NCBI RefSeq assembly: GCF_006345805.1
Contig: NC_042999.1
Span: 66,216,001-66,280,000, forward strand
Reading direction: 5' to 3'
Source: Octopus sinensis
Taxonomy: Eukaryota
DNA length: 64,000 nucleotides
The notes below the pieces were generated by a model, which made no database searches, had not been told where the DNA came from, and saw only the letters and a list, made by a program, of their open reading frames with translations. Made by a program: the position numbers and the translations under genes. Shown piece after piece: positions 52,149 through 64,000 of the stretch (its first letter is position 1; the number at the start of each line of letters is the position of its first letter).

Positions 52149-52873
52149 GAGTGAGAGAGCAGTGCATGCCATCATTTTATTTTTATTTTGATTATTATCA
52201 TTTCCTTGTTTATTTATTATTCTGCATATATTTTAATGATGTTTTCAGTTACATTTGAAGTTTCTGCTGCCGCAAATCATGACTTGTGGCATCGTTGCAC
52301 ATTTCTTTCATTTTATCTTTATTTTCCATTTAGTGCTTCCATACAGAAGACGGTATTTACATAAAGTGTCAGAAGTGTGTTTATGGGACGCAGACATACA
52401 CACACTCACGTTTTCGTATCTACACACATAAGCATATACTCACATATATATGTATATATACCTGTATCTATATATATATGTATGCATCTCTCTCTCTCTC
52501 TCTCTGTTTATATATATATATATATATGTGCGCGTATGCGTGTGTGTGTGTGTGTATGTGTGTATTATTACGTATATATAAGTTGTTTAACTCTTATTTC
52601 TAGCAATATATGTGCTTGTAGCACCTATATCTACAATTAGCAACGAACATACATTATATATATATATTATATATATACATATACATATACACACATATAT
52701 ACATATATATATATAGATATATATATATATATATACCTAGGGCATGAGAGTTATTGGTATCTAGAAGACTCAAAGAGTGTCAGGTAACGCTAAGTGCTAT
52801 GGATGTACCGTGGTTAATTTCTTGGTTAGAGAATGATGCGAGTGAGGTTCTGTGGGTCTTGTATGAGCATGCA

Positions 52874-52925
<52 letters not shown>

Positions 52926-53675
52926 TATATATATATTAGACCGAATGAGATAACAAATCGAAGGCTGAGATAAATTCTCGGAACACTTATTATGAAATAA
53001 TCTTACAGGTGTTTCTCTGAGATGGTGTGACAAAATATTTGAGTTCGAGTTATTGTGGAAAAGAGAGGAAATATAGAAACAAATAAGAGAAAGAAAGTAG
53101 AAATAATATATATATATATAAAGATATTGTACTTGCAGTGTCATTATTCCAGGAAAATGGTGTATAGAAGTGGTAAAAAAAGTTTCCAGTGCATGGTGTG
53201 TAAGTTCCAAAATCATTTCATACTTAATCATTTCAAAGCATGAAGCCGTGGAATCAGTGTTGCTCATTCGAAAGGAATTTGTTGTGTGAATGAAAATTTG
53301 AGAATGTATTGGTAGTATTTTGGGAGAGATGGAAGGAGGAGAGATGTGAAGGTTTAGAAAGAGGACAAAAGTCAAATCTAAGAGAATAAGAGAAAATGAC
53401 GGGAAAAAAAGAGAGAAAAAGAAAAATGTCCTCTCAACCTTGGATTTGTTATCTCTTTCGGTCTAAGATATATATATATATATATATAAAGTTAATCCAA
53501 TCATGAATAAACAAAGAGAAAATACAACAACGCCAGCACGTGGAACAAGTATAGTGTCATTGGACGCTCAGGAAAGGAAAGATCCAAGGAAGTGAAGACG
53601 GAGGATAAAATCGCCAACGGTACACACGCGGTCACATTTATATATATATATATGTTATTTATCTATAAATACATA

Positions 53676-53709
<34 letters not shown>

Positions 53710-53806
53710 TTATATATAATATATATATTACAACACACACACCAGACAAAAACACACACACACACATATATATATATATCAAAATAAGCATCAAGAATGA
53801 TTCCGG

Positions 53807-53898
53807 TAATTTGTTACGATCGTTTCGTACTACATGATTTTATTAAGTGTTGTAAGTATTACACGGATTTATGATGCTGAGTACTCGTCAGCCAATTA
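53807..53898 (-). ncRNA. Type I hammerhead ribozyme (left arm)
   Basis: taattgg-CTGACGA-GTACT..AGTAC-GAAAC-gatc-GTA-acaaatta. Confidence 0.75.
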
Positions 53899-54120
53899 TA
53901 AAGGTTTTCCATTAATACAAAAGTTTTTCAAATCAAGTGGCAACATTATAGAGAGGTAGATATACAGACAAGATGTGGATTTAAATTTAAGAACATATGA
54001 GGTAGTGAAGCACTACCTCATACGTTCTTAAATTTAAATCCACCTCTTTGTCTGTATATCTACCTTCTCTATAATGTTGCCACTTGATTTGAAAACTTTT
54101 GTATTAATGGAAAACCTTTA

Positions 54121-54213
54121 TAATTGGCTGACGAGTACTCAGCATCATAAATCCGTTGTAATACTTACAACATTTAATAAAATCATGTAGTACGAAACGA
54201 TCGTAACAAATTA
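54121..54213 (+). ncRNA. Type I hammerhead ribozyme (right arm)
   Basis: CTGACGA at 54128-54134, stem II GTACT/AGTAC, GAAAC at 54194-54198, palindromic stem III ACGATCGT, predicted cleavage after 54205. Stem I is imperfect. Confidence 0.75.
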
Positions 54214-54338
54214 CCGGAGTCATTCTTGTTGCTTATTTTGATTATAATCACCCCACGGATTTTTATGGATAACACCATACAAAATTCTGGTGCATCTAAA
54301 ATGAGTACCATATTCATTTGAATCTAATTTTTTGCTGA

Positions 54339-54383
<45 letters not shown>

Positions 54384-54821
54384 TTTATATATATATATAT
54401 ATATATAGACAGTTGAATACTCCTGTCATAACCTGACACCTTAAAGACTGCTATAATGCAAGAAAGTATCCTAGTCCCTTATTATTTGATATTCGATTTT
54501 CGAACTATTCAATAAGACAATCAATGCTTCATTTCATTTTACTGTATATACTATTTATACTATATATTCTATATTCTACATTAATATTATAAAGAATATA
54601 ATAAAACATAAAAAATAATGTATGTATGTATATAAAAATATATAAATACATACATACGTACATACATATATACATACATATATATATATATATATATAAT
54701 ATATATATTATATTATATATATAATATATATATATATGCATATATATTATATGTATATATATATTTGTATGTATATATGTAGACATATCTATATAAATAT
54801 CTATATGTATGTTAGTGTACC

Positions 54822-54875
<54 letters not shown>

Positions 54876-55229
54876 ATCTATATATGTATTATCATATGAG
54901 AAAGTATTTAATTACTCAGAATCTTCTTCCAATCACTCCAGTTGCCATTATATTTAAACATAACACAAATCTGAGAATTCAAGACATGAAAACCAACAGC
55001 TTAAATCTTACTGCACTGTGTTTTTATTATATATCATTCTGCTTAAAATTACATACACGGCTCACTTAACAAAGCGATTCAGCTCGATAATTTCGTAAGA
55101 CGCATATAATTTTCGCACGAATACCCCTCATATATTGATCTCCATTACATTGGTGGTCTGCATATATATATATGTATGTATATTTATGTATATATATATA
55201 TGTATGTATATTTATGTATATAATATATG

Positions 55230-55269
<40 letters not shown>

Positions 55270-55708
55270 TAAGTATTGTGTTGAAGTATTTAGCTATTTT
55301 ATTTATTTATAGTTGCCTAGACATTTTTATGTGTATGTATAGGGATATATATATAGGTGTGTGATTTAGTGTATGTAGTTAGATTTGGTTATATATAATT
55401 AGGTATATGCGTATGGGTGTATATATAGTTTAATATTATATTATTATTATTTTATTTTTTTTTTTATTTTTTATTTTTTTTGTTTTTTTGTTTTGTTTTA
55501 TATTTTATATTTTATATTTTATATTTTATATTTTATATTTTATATTTAATTGTTGATAGGTATTTTTAGTTATATATTGTTTAATATATTGATTATATAT
55601 GGATTATAGATAGGTTATATATGGATTATATACTTTATTTTTCATTCATACTTTAATTATTTTAAAATTATTATTTTATTTTAAATATTGATTTTTTAGA
55701 TTGGAAGT

Positions 55709-55751
55709 CCACCTGAAGATTGTCGATCAAGACAAGAAACGATTGTAGTGG
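55709..55751 (+). ncRNA. Compact type I hammerhead ribozyme
   Basis: CCAC-CTGAAGA-TTGTC-gatcaa-GACAA-GAAAC-gatt-GTA-GTGG: canonical core with all stems paired. Confidence 0.88.
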
Positions 55752-55978
55752 CGGTTTTTTTTGACTATTTATTAAAATTTATGTATTGATTAAGTCTTCC
55801 TTGTTTGTTTTGCCAAAATAGTGGTTTTGTCTCGAATAATATTTTATACATATTATATATACACATATGTATATATACATATATATATACATATATATAT
55901 ATATTCATATATATATATATATATATACATGTGTGTGTGTATGTATATGTATAAATAAATATATATACATACATATAT

Positions 55979-56039
<61 letters not shown>

Positions 56040-56057
<18 letters not shown>

Positions 56058-57387
56058 GTGTGTTGAATTTGTGTGTGTGGCCTTGAATATGGGTGTCTAC
56101 GCGTTTGTGTGGTGTTTGTGTGTACGACTCTGCATGTGTGTGTGGACATGTGTCTGTATTTTGACTTTGTTTTGACTTAGGACAATTTATTTCAACTTTG
56201 TTGAGTGCATTTTAACCGCAGTGATCAATCGTGTTTGCAACTATATAAGCACGGCAAAAAATCAACGCTCTCTCCCTCTCTCTCTCTCTCTCTCTCTTTC
56301 TCTTTCTCACTCTATTTATTCATATTTATCTTACTATACATTCTTCACTCGGTTCAGTTCATCCTTAGTGATCCTTTGTCCAAACCAGAATCATATGTCA
56401 GGTCTTATGCTCGAATTTCACTCCAACTAATAGCAATGAATTCCCGCCGCATAGCAAATCAAAACTTTAAATATATTTTGGTTTCACTTAGTGTCCTTCG
56501 TATTGAGGTTACACATCTCTATGAAAAATTGAATTTGAAATTACTAATTATGACATTTACAGGGATCATAAGCATATCCACACCTATATTAGAAAACTGA
56601 TTGATTGATGTACACATTGAAATGCTCATTAACTTTCACAAGCTGATAGGACGAATTTTGAATGATTGACGTTTCTGTTTTCACTATACACTCTAAACAG
56701 GTTCAGTGGAAGTTAAAACTAGAATATTATAATATATTATATGGTCGTCATACGGTATAAATTTACGATGGAATACCAGGCATTCTACTGAAGCAACAGA
56801 AAGAATGTCGCCTAGGTTAGTTGCTAGGAAAGGCTGAAAAACAAGATCCTACTCCCTAGAACTAAGGCTGAAAAGAAATGCAGTGGTGTGTTATCTGGAA
56901 TCCTGTAATTTTCATGAAGGACGAATTTTGAATGATTGACGTTTCTGTTTTCACTATACACTCTAAACAGGTTCAGTGGAAATTAAAACTAGAATATTAT
57001 AATATATTATATGGTCGTCATACGGTATAAATTTACGATGGAATACCAAGCATTCTACTGAAGCAACAGAAAGAATGTCGCCTAGGTTAGTCTAGGAAAG
57101 GCTGAAAAACAAGATCCTACTCCCTAGAACTAAGGCTGAAAGAATGCAGTGGTGTGTATCTGGAAAATCCTGTAATTTTCTTTAGCTGCTATTTCTAATG
57201 AGTTCAGTATGTGGCAAGTAATTTATTTTAACTAAGCCCTTATATATAATGTAATATTTTGAATTCGTCTATAATGGTCCCTTTACATACTGAATACTTG
57301 GTGAAATTGATTAATAATTAATTAATTTTACCCTCAATTGTTGAAATATATATATAGATATATATATATATGTATATATATAAATAT

Positions 57388-57431
<44 letters not shown>

Positions 57432-58743
57432 TTATACTATGTTTGTGTGTGTGTGTGTGTGTGTGTATGAATTTGTGTGTGTTGCCTTGAATATGGTGTC
57501 TACGCGTTTGTGTGGTGTTGTGTGTACGACTCTGCATGTGTGTGTGGAATGTGTCTGTATTTTGACTGTTTTTGACTAGGACAATTATTTCAACTTTGTT
57601 GAGTGCAACCGCCAAAACCGCAATCGGTTTTTGCACTATATAGCACGCAAAAAATCAACGCTCTCTCCCTCCCTCTCTCTCTCTTCTCTCTCTCTCTTCT
57701 CACTCTATTTATTCATATTTATCTTACTATATACATTCTTCACTCGGTTCAGTTCATCCTTAGTGATCCTTGTCCAAACCAGAATCATATGTCAGGTCTT
57801 ATGCTCGAATTTCACTCCAACTAATAGCAATGAATTCCCGCCGCATAGCAAATCAAAACTTTAAATATATTTTGGTTTCACTTAGTGTCCTTCGTATTGA
57901 GGTTACACATCTCTATAAAAATTGAATTGAAATTACTAATTATGACATTTACAGGGATCATAAGCAATATCCACACCTATATTAGAAAACTGATTGATTG
58001 ATGTACACATTGAAATGCTCATTAACTTTCACAAGCTGATAGGACGAATTTTGAATGATTGACGTTTCTGTTTTCACTATACACTCTAAACAGGTTCAGT
58101 GGAAGTTAAAACTAGAATATTATAATATATTATATGGTCGTCATACGGTATAAATTTACGATGGAATACCAGGCATTCTACTGAAGCAACAGAAAGAATG
58201 TCGCCTAGGTTAGTTGCTAGGAAAGGCTGAAAAACAAGATCCTACTCCCTAGAACTAAGGCTGAAAAGAAATGCAGTGGTGTGTATCTGGAAAATCCTGT
58301 AATTTTCATGAAGGACGAATTTTGAATGATTGACGTTTCTGTTTTCACTATACACTCTAAACAGGTTCAGTGGAAATTAAAACTAGAATATTATAATATA
58401 TTATATGGTCGTCATACGGTATAAATTTACGATGGAATACCAAGCATTCTACTGAAGCAACAGAAAGAATGTCGCCTAGGTTAGTTGCTAGGAAAGGCTG
58501 AAAAACAAGATCCTACTCCCTAGAACTAAGGCTGAAAAGAAATGCAGTGGTGTGTATCTGGAAAATCCTGTAATTTTCTTTAGCTGCTATTTCTAATGAG
58601 TTCAGTATGTGGCAAAGTAATTTATTTTACTAAGCCCTTATATATAATGTAATATTTTGAATTCGTCTATAATGGTCCCTTTACATACTGAATACTTGGT
58701 GAAATTGATTAATAATTAATTAATTTTACCCTCAATTGTTGAA

Positions 58744-58778
<35 letters not shown>

Positions 58779-58800
58779 AATATATATATATATAAATATG
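56040..58800. repeat. Tandem duplication of about 1.39-1.40 kb, each copy holding two units of about 270 bp
   Basis: agctgatagg at 56641 and 58034. Inner unit starts ggacgaattttg at 56649, 56919, 58042 and 58313. Confidence 0.92.
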
Positions 58801-58854
58801 CACGTATGACTACATACGTACATACTTACATGCATACATGTATGCATATATACA

Positions 58855-59155
58855 TGTCTCGCCACTTCAAGTTACATGGATATCCCCTCACCACTATCCA
58901 CACTGCCCTTACATGGGCACGAACTGTGGACGGTTCTTTTGCTCTTTCTCCTCACGCCTGCCACGCAGGTTGCCCGTTTCCGTTTTTCCTTACCAACCGT
59001 CCCTCCATCCTGCTCCTACAACGTACCATTCTCCGAGCCTTCCACCGACTCCAGTCCGACACCTCCACCTCGCACATCTTCCCCATACAACGAGGCAATA
59101 ATCTGCGGGACCTCCTGGTCAACAGTTACTTCCCTAACCCCACCTCCGAGCCTGG
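58855..59155 (+). mobile_element. Penelope-like RT C-terminal (thumb) fragment
   Basis: FKLHGYP..IHTAL..AR..FHRLQSDTSTSHIFP..RGNNLRDLLVNS resembles the PLE RGYP...LQSDP...NLRDLLV region. Confidence 0.75.
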
Positions 59156-59489
59156 ATCGTAAGTAAAAGATAAAAGAAATTTTCGTGTGCATTTTAGCTT
59201 GTCTACAGTGAGGAAAAAGAGAGGGAGAGAGAGGCTGCATTTTGTAATCAGTGAAAAAAAAAATGATTTTATATGCAAATTATTGCTCAATAATTTCAAA
59301 TTTCACAATATAACATTTAGAATGAAAAATAGATTTTAAGCCAAACTGGAAATAAATAAATATCACGATGGGTTACGATAACAAATGTAAAAGATAAGAG
59401 GCGAATCCGTTCAGAAATTCAAAATGTTATTCTATATATGCATTATAAAAGCATCTGGATGAGTGGGATTCTTTATTGCCGCTAAAATG

Positions 59490-59501
59490 TTATGTTACCA
59501 T

Positions 59502-59548
<47 letters not shown>

Positions 59549-59732
59549 TATAATATAATATAATATATATACATATACACATATATACATATTATATATA
59601 TATACACATATATACATATATATATGTATGCATACATATATATATATATGCATATATATATATATATATTTATATAAATATATATATATATATAATTACG
59701 GAACACACACACTCACATATGATATATATATA

Positions 59733-59789
<57 letters not shown>

Positions 59790-60178
59790 GTATATATATA
59801 TATATATATATATAAGTATGTATGTATGTGTGCATTTATGTATATATGTGTGAATATGTGTTTGTATATACGTATTATCTTGCTGTTTCTGATGACAAGG
59901 CATATTGTAGAAACTAAGAAGCATTATATAAGCAGTACTTTAATATTTTTTTCGTTGTCTGTATAACTTGAGATCATGCTAAGAAAATAACACTTTCATA
60001 GAAATAAGAGGCTTCAAGATGTTTACATCGATGTACTAAGAGCGAAAAATACCAATTGAAAAAATATACACATTTTTAATATGTGTATATGTGTGCGCCT
60101 GAGTGTGTAGTGCTGTATATGATGGCCTGTGTATACGACATAAGACATACATAAATATAGACTTACATACATACACAT

Positions 60179-60244
<66 letters not shown>

Positions 60245-60354
60245 CATATACACACAAACACGCGTATAATTTTGATGTATGCAAGAGTATATATGTATGT
60301 GCGTGCATATATATGTCGGTGTTTTTATACGCGTGTGTTTGTGTCAGTATTTTG

Positions 60355-60387
<33 letters not shown>

Positions 60388-60470
60388 TATATATATGTAT
60401 GTATGTATATATATATATATATATATATATGCGTGTGTGTGTGTGTGTGTATGTGTATACACTCGTATAT
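59490..60470. repeat. (TA)n/(TG)n microsatellite cluster
   Basis: Directly visible. Confidence 0.9.
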
Positions 60471-60636
60471 ATAGATGCATACACATACATACATATCAGT
60501 GTGTTGATACGTGTGAGTTGTAGGTAGAGAATAATAACTCTGCTGGTGTGAAATATTGCGTTTTCTTGCTATTTTTACTCTCTATCGATCTCTCTCTCTC
60601 TCCCTCTCTCGCACTCTCACGCTCTCTCTCTCTCAC

Positions 60637-60672
<36 letters not shown>

Positions 60673-60749
60673 GTACACATGCGCGCACACATAGACCCGT
60701 TATTTAGTGTTTAGTATTAAAATACTAGCTAGACGAATTAAGCTAAAAA

Positions 60750-62000
60750 TATAACATTAAGCAGTGATATTGGAAATTTGAAAATAGATGAATAGATGAG
60801 TGTGTGAATGGGAGGCGAGAATTATGTGGGTTAAAGCCGTGCAAATATAGTGTGAGTGTGTACGTTTGTCTGAGCGAAAACGAGACAGAGAAAATGGAAG
60901 CCGAGGAATGTGGTTTTATGAGAATATAAAGGACATTGAAATTGTGTGGGTGTGGGGGGATATAAGAAAGATTTGTGTTTAAGAAAGGAGAGAAAAGGAC
61001 TGAAATGTGGCCATGGTTGCACTTGTAAGTATTAGAGAGGAAGGAACAAGTGAATAAACTGGACAAAGACGGAGACCTTAACGAAAAAGACTCTGTTTTA
61101 GGAAGAATTATTCTGAGAGAGTATGAGTGTGTGACAGAGGAAGATGATGGGTGAGAGGGTATATTGACATGAAATCTACTGTGGTTGTGTATATAGTGGT
61201 TGGTTTATCTATTTGTGATGTGGTTATATATCTAGATGTGTTAGTGCTTTTATGAATATCTCCTAGCTTATCTATTTGTCTTTGGACGTTGACCATCTAT
61301 TTTTCGGTGATTAAATAAGGGTAAAATGAAATAAAGTTTGGGTGTGGTATTCGCAAGCTCTCCAAAACTCTGAGGTCAACGCGAATAACATTCCTCAAGA
61401 GCAATACCTGCCGTTGGCTAGAAGACAAAAGTTTGACAAGCGGTGTTTCCAGAAGGACGAAATTTTAGTGTGGAATGTCTGGGTGTAAGTTTTAGTGCGG
61501 GTTCGCTTGTGACTAAAAACACATGAGGTGGATAGACAGGTAATATGAGGAGGATAGGCTAGTTAGATTGGTGTGTCTTAATAATAGTGGCGGCAGATTG
61601 CAAGCTAATTCTGTTGAGCAGAAACCACTGCCGGGCGAAAGTAGGAAACAGCGGTGGGGGTCATAGCATAGCTGTCGTAGTCGGTTAAATGTATTGATGA
61701 CTGGCTGTATGCCAACACATTGGGTGATACATTTGATTGGATGCGGTTTAAGATGCCCCGTTAGTAGTACTGCATTTCAGTTTTGTTTGTGCTTTCGAGT
61801 GGGGAGGAAGTACATTCTGATTCGGTTTAAGAACGACAGATTTTTAATGAGGCTGTTTTTATCAGAGCGTACTTTCACCAAGAAAGTTCTCCAATAATAT
61901 TATAGTTTATCGTTCCTAAGGAGTGTGAGAGATATTTTGTGCAGGGTACATATATTACAGGGACTATGCATATGTAGATATATATATATACGCCTCCCTC
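60750..62000 (-). mobile_element. Heavily decayed Penelope-like fragment (thumb to GIY-YIG end)
   Basis: LRQ..LTLYLHGFN resembles the PLE terminal TLxPxGLN motif. Weak ICRS/RG remnants lie upstream. Confidence 0.4.
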
Positions 62001-62599
62001 TTTGCGTGTCGGTGAGTTTGAGCTTGTGGAGGCGTGTGATTGCATATGTTTGTGTGTATATAAATGTATGTTTGTGTACAGGAGTGTGTGAGACGGCCAA
62101 TTAGTAGAATCGCTTGCGACGGATAGCTTGTTTTATGTGAATCATGACACCCCATTCCCACCGATATAATTTGCCTATCATCTTTCGGGGTCAAAAACAA
62201 AATACCAGTCCTGTAGTAGATTCTGTTCGACTATTTCTTAACTATGTTCTTCTCTCTCTCTCTCTTTAGGAAGAAAATAGATGTAATTTGTCCAAGATTA
62301 CTAAGGTTCCGTCTGTATGCTCCTGTCTTTCTCGCTTTCATTTTATACAGAGACACACACACTCACACCATTATGACCTCTAAAACCAGTCCCCAAAACC
62401 ACTGAACCATGATAGACTAACTCAGAAACAAAAAATCCTTTTGATTCTACAATGCTCTTCCTTCCCCCTCCCCCAACCAACCTCCCACACAGTCCCTTAA
62501 TATAGCAAACATTCCTTAGCTACACACAAGATAGAAAATGTGAGAAAGACAGGTCAGTTCCTCTCCAATATTTTGTAAATTCTTAAATATATCTCCTTT

Positions 62600-62654
<55 letters not shown>

Positions 62655-62959
62655 TACCAAACAAACATGATTTTTATTGAACTCATAAGAGTTTTTGTTA
62701 AATACTTTCTTAAATACTTTCTTGTAAACTGTTGTAATTTTTGTTTATTATCAAATAACTTATAACTTTATTTTATTACTTTTGTGATAACCAGTATGTA
62801 ACACAACAAAGCTTATACAAAACTTTACATTTTACTTTTGACAATCTTTTCCTAAAAACGTTATAGTGTTCAAGTCAATAAACATCTATAATATTGTATT
62901 TTCAAACATTCTTTCATATAGAGTTCCACTCGTGTGGTACCTTACAACTTTACTTTGTT

Positions 62960-63001
62960 TTATATATATATATATAGATATATATATATATATATATATA
63001 G

Positions 63002-63038
<37 letters not shown>

Positions 63039-63112
63039 ATTATATATATATATATATACATACATACATACATACATACATACATACATACATACATACA
63101 TACATACATACA

Positions 63113-63145
<33 letters not shown>

Positions 63146-63172
63146 TATGTGTGTGAGTGTGTGTGTGTGTGT
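62960..63172. repeat. (TA)/(TACA)/(TG) microsatellite
   Basis: Directly visible. Confidence 0.93.
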
Positions 63173-64000
63173 TGAAATTCCTGACTCACTTCCACCAAGC
63201 TCAGAGGTGTAAAAGTGATCGTAGGTTTTGGTCTTCTATCTATGGCAATGTGGTTGATAGTAATTAAAAACGGAAATTTGCATAAACAGAATACTCTGGT
63301 GTCTTTTCTCCATATTATTGTTAAGTATACGAAGAATAACTGAGTAAAAAATTGGGACACTGTGGGAGAGATATGGAGATTGAAACAGCACTCACTTCCA
63401 ACCAATAATTATGTACACTAGGCCGTTTTACTGCTATGATATTTGAACAGACTTTACAAATATAACTTTTTCTGTTTAAAAGTCATGCCAAGTTATATCA
63501 AGAAAAGTAACCAACTAAAACGAAACAAAACTTTGAGATTTCGAAAACTCTGTCTAGGTCAGGCATATAATATAGTACACGCGGAACTGATCAGTAAAAT
63601 GGTCGCTTATTTTTCAATAAATCAATCAAAGATAACATGAAGTTAACTCAGAAATGCTTCCCCTTTTCTTTTGTATTGAATTACTTCTGAGACACAATTG
63701 TCAACTAATCCATCATAGCAACTTAATTTATTTCCTTTTCCTTCATTTCTTCTTTCCTTTATTTTACTATTTAATTGTTTTTGTTCTTGTTTTGTCTGTT
63801 CATGTGGTTGTTGTCGGTTTTGCAAAATTACCTTTCTATTTTTAGTCAGTTTCTTTATTAATTTTCTTGACGAATTTTTTTATTCCGTTTTAAAAATCTC
63901 ATTTTTTAAAATTTTCTCGCCATTCTAACGCCAGCAAGTTTTCAATCTTTTACTTTTCCCGAGAATTTCATCCTTTCTTTTCTGTCTTTGCGCCTCTCTC

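Larger units (their letters stand above)
53778..54330. mobile_element. Solo Naiad-related pLTR foldback: about 230-bp inverted arms, 3-nt loop, one HHR per arm
   Basis: Arms at 53778-54007 and 54011-54242, loop aag. The right arm continues into sequence homologous to the Naiad 5' UTR. Microsatellites on both sides. Confidence 0.88.

Noticed and set aside
59881-59940. CTGATGA..GAAAC on the plus strand
   Set aside because: Two extra bases before GAAA and no stem I pairing.

Overview
Very AT-rich eukaryotic DNA, dense in microsatellites and transposons. I infer an octopus (cephalopod) genome from the look of the SINE families and the repeat landscape; I cannot verify this without a search. I could not support any host protein-coding gene, and most listed ORFs are translations of microsatellites. 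The main content is retroelements. (i) A near-intact Naiad/Chlamys-type Penelope-like element (PLE; RT plus GIY-YIG, minus strand, about 37.9-43.2 kb) with hammerhead ribozyme (HHR) pseudo-LTRs and an inverted 5' arm. (ii) A near full-length R4/Dong-clade LINE (29.1-33.05 kb) stacked in tandem with other (TAA)n-associated elements. (iii) Several decayed PLEs, mariner remnants and at least three SINE families. The most striking layer, which the ORF track does not show, is type I hammerhead ribozymes. I read eight complete motifs in five sequence types (10.0/10.5, 19.0, 38.1/42.8, 53.8/54.2 and 55.7 kb). One pair sits in a small element that joins a tRNA-Arg-like Pol III head to a HHR, i.e. a candidate SINE/retrozyme hybrid. 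Many frameshifts fall in homopolymers and a 1.4 kb tandem duplication differs mainly by small indels, so part of the apparent decay may be long-read assembly error. All folds and translations were done by eye.
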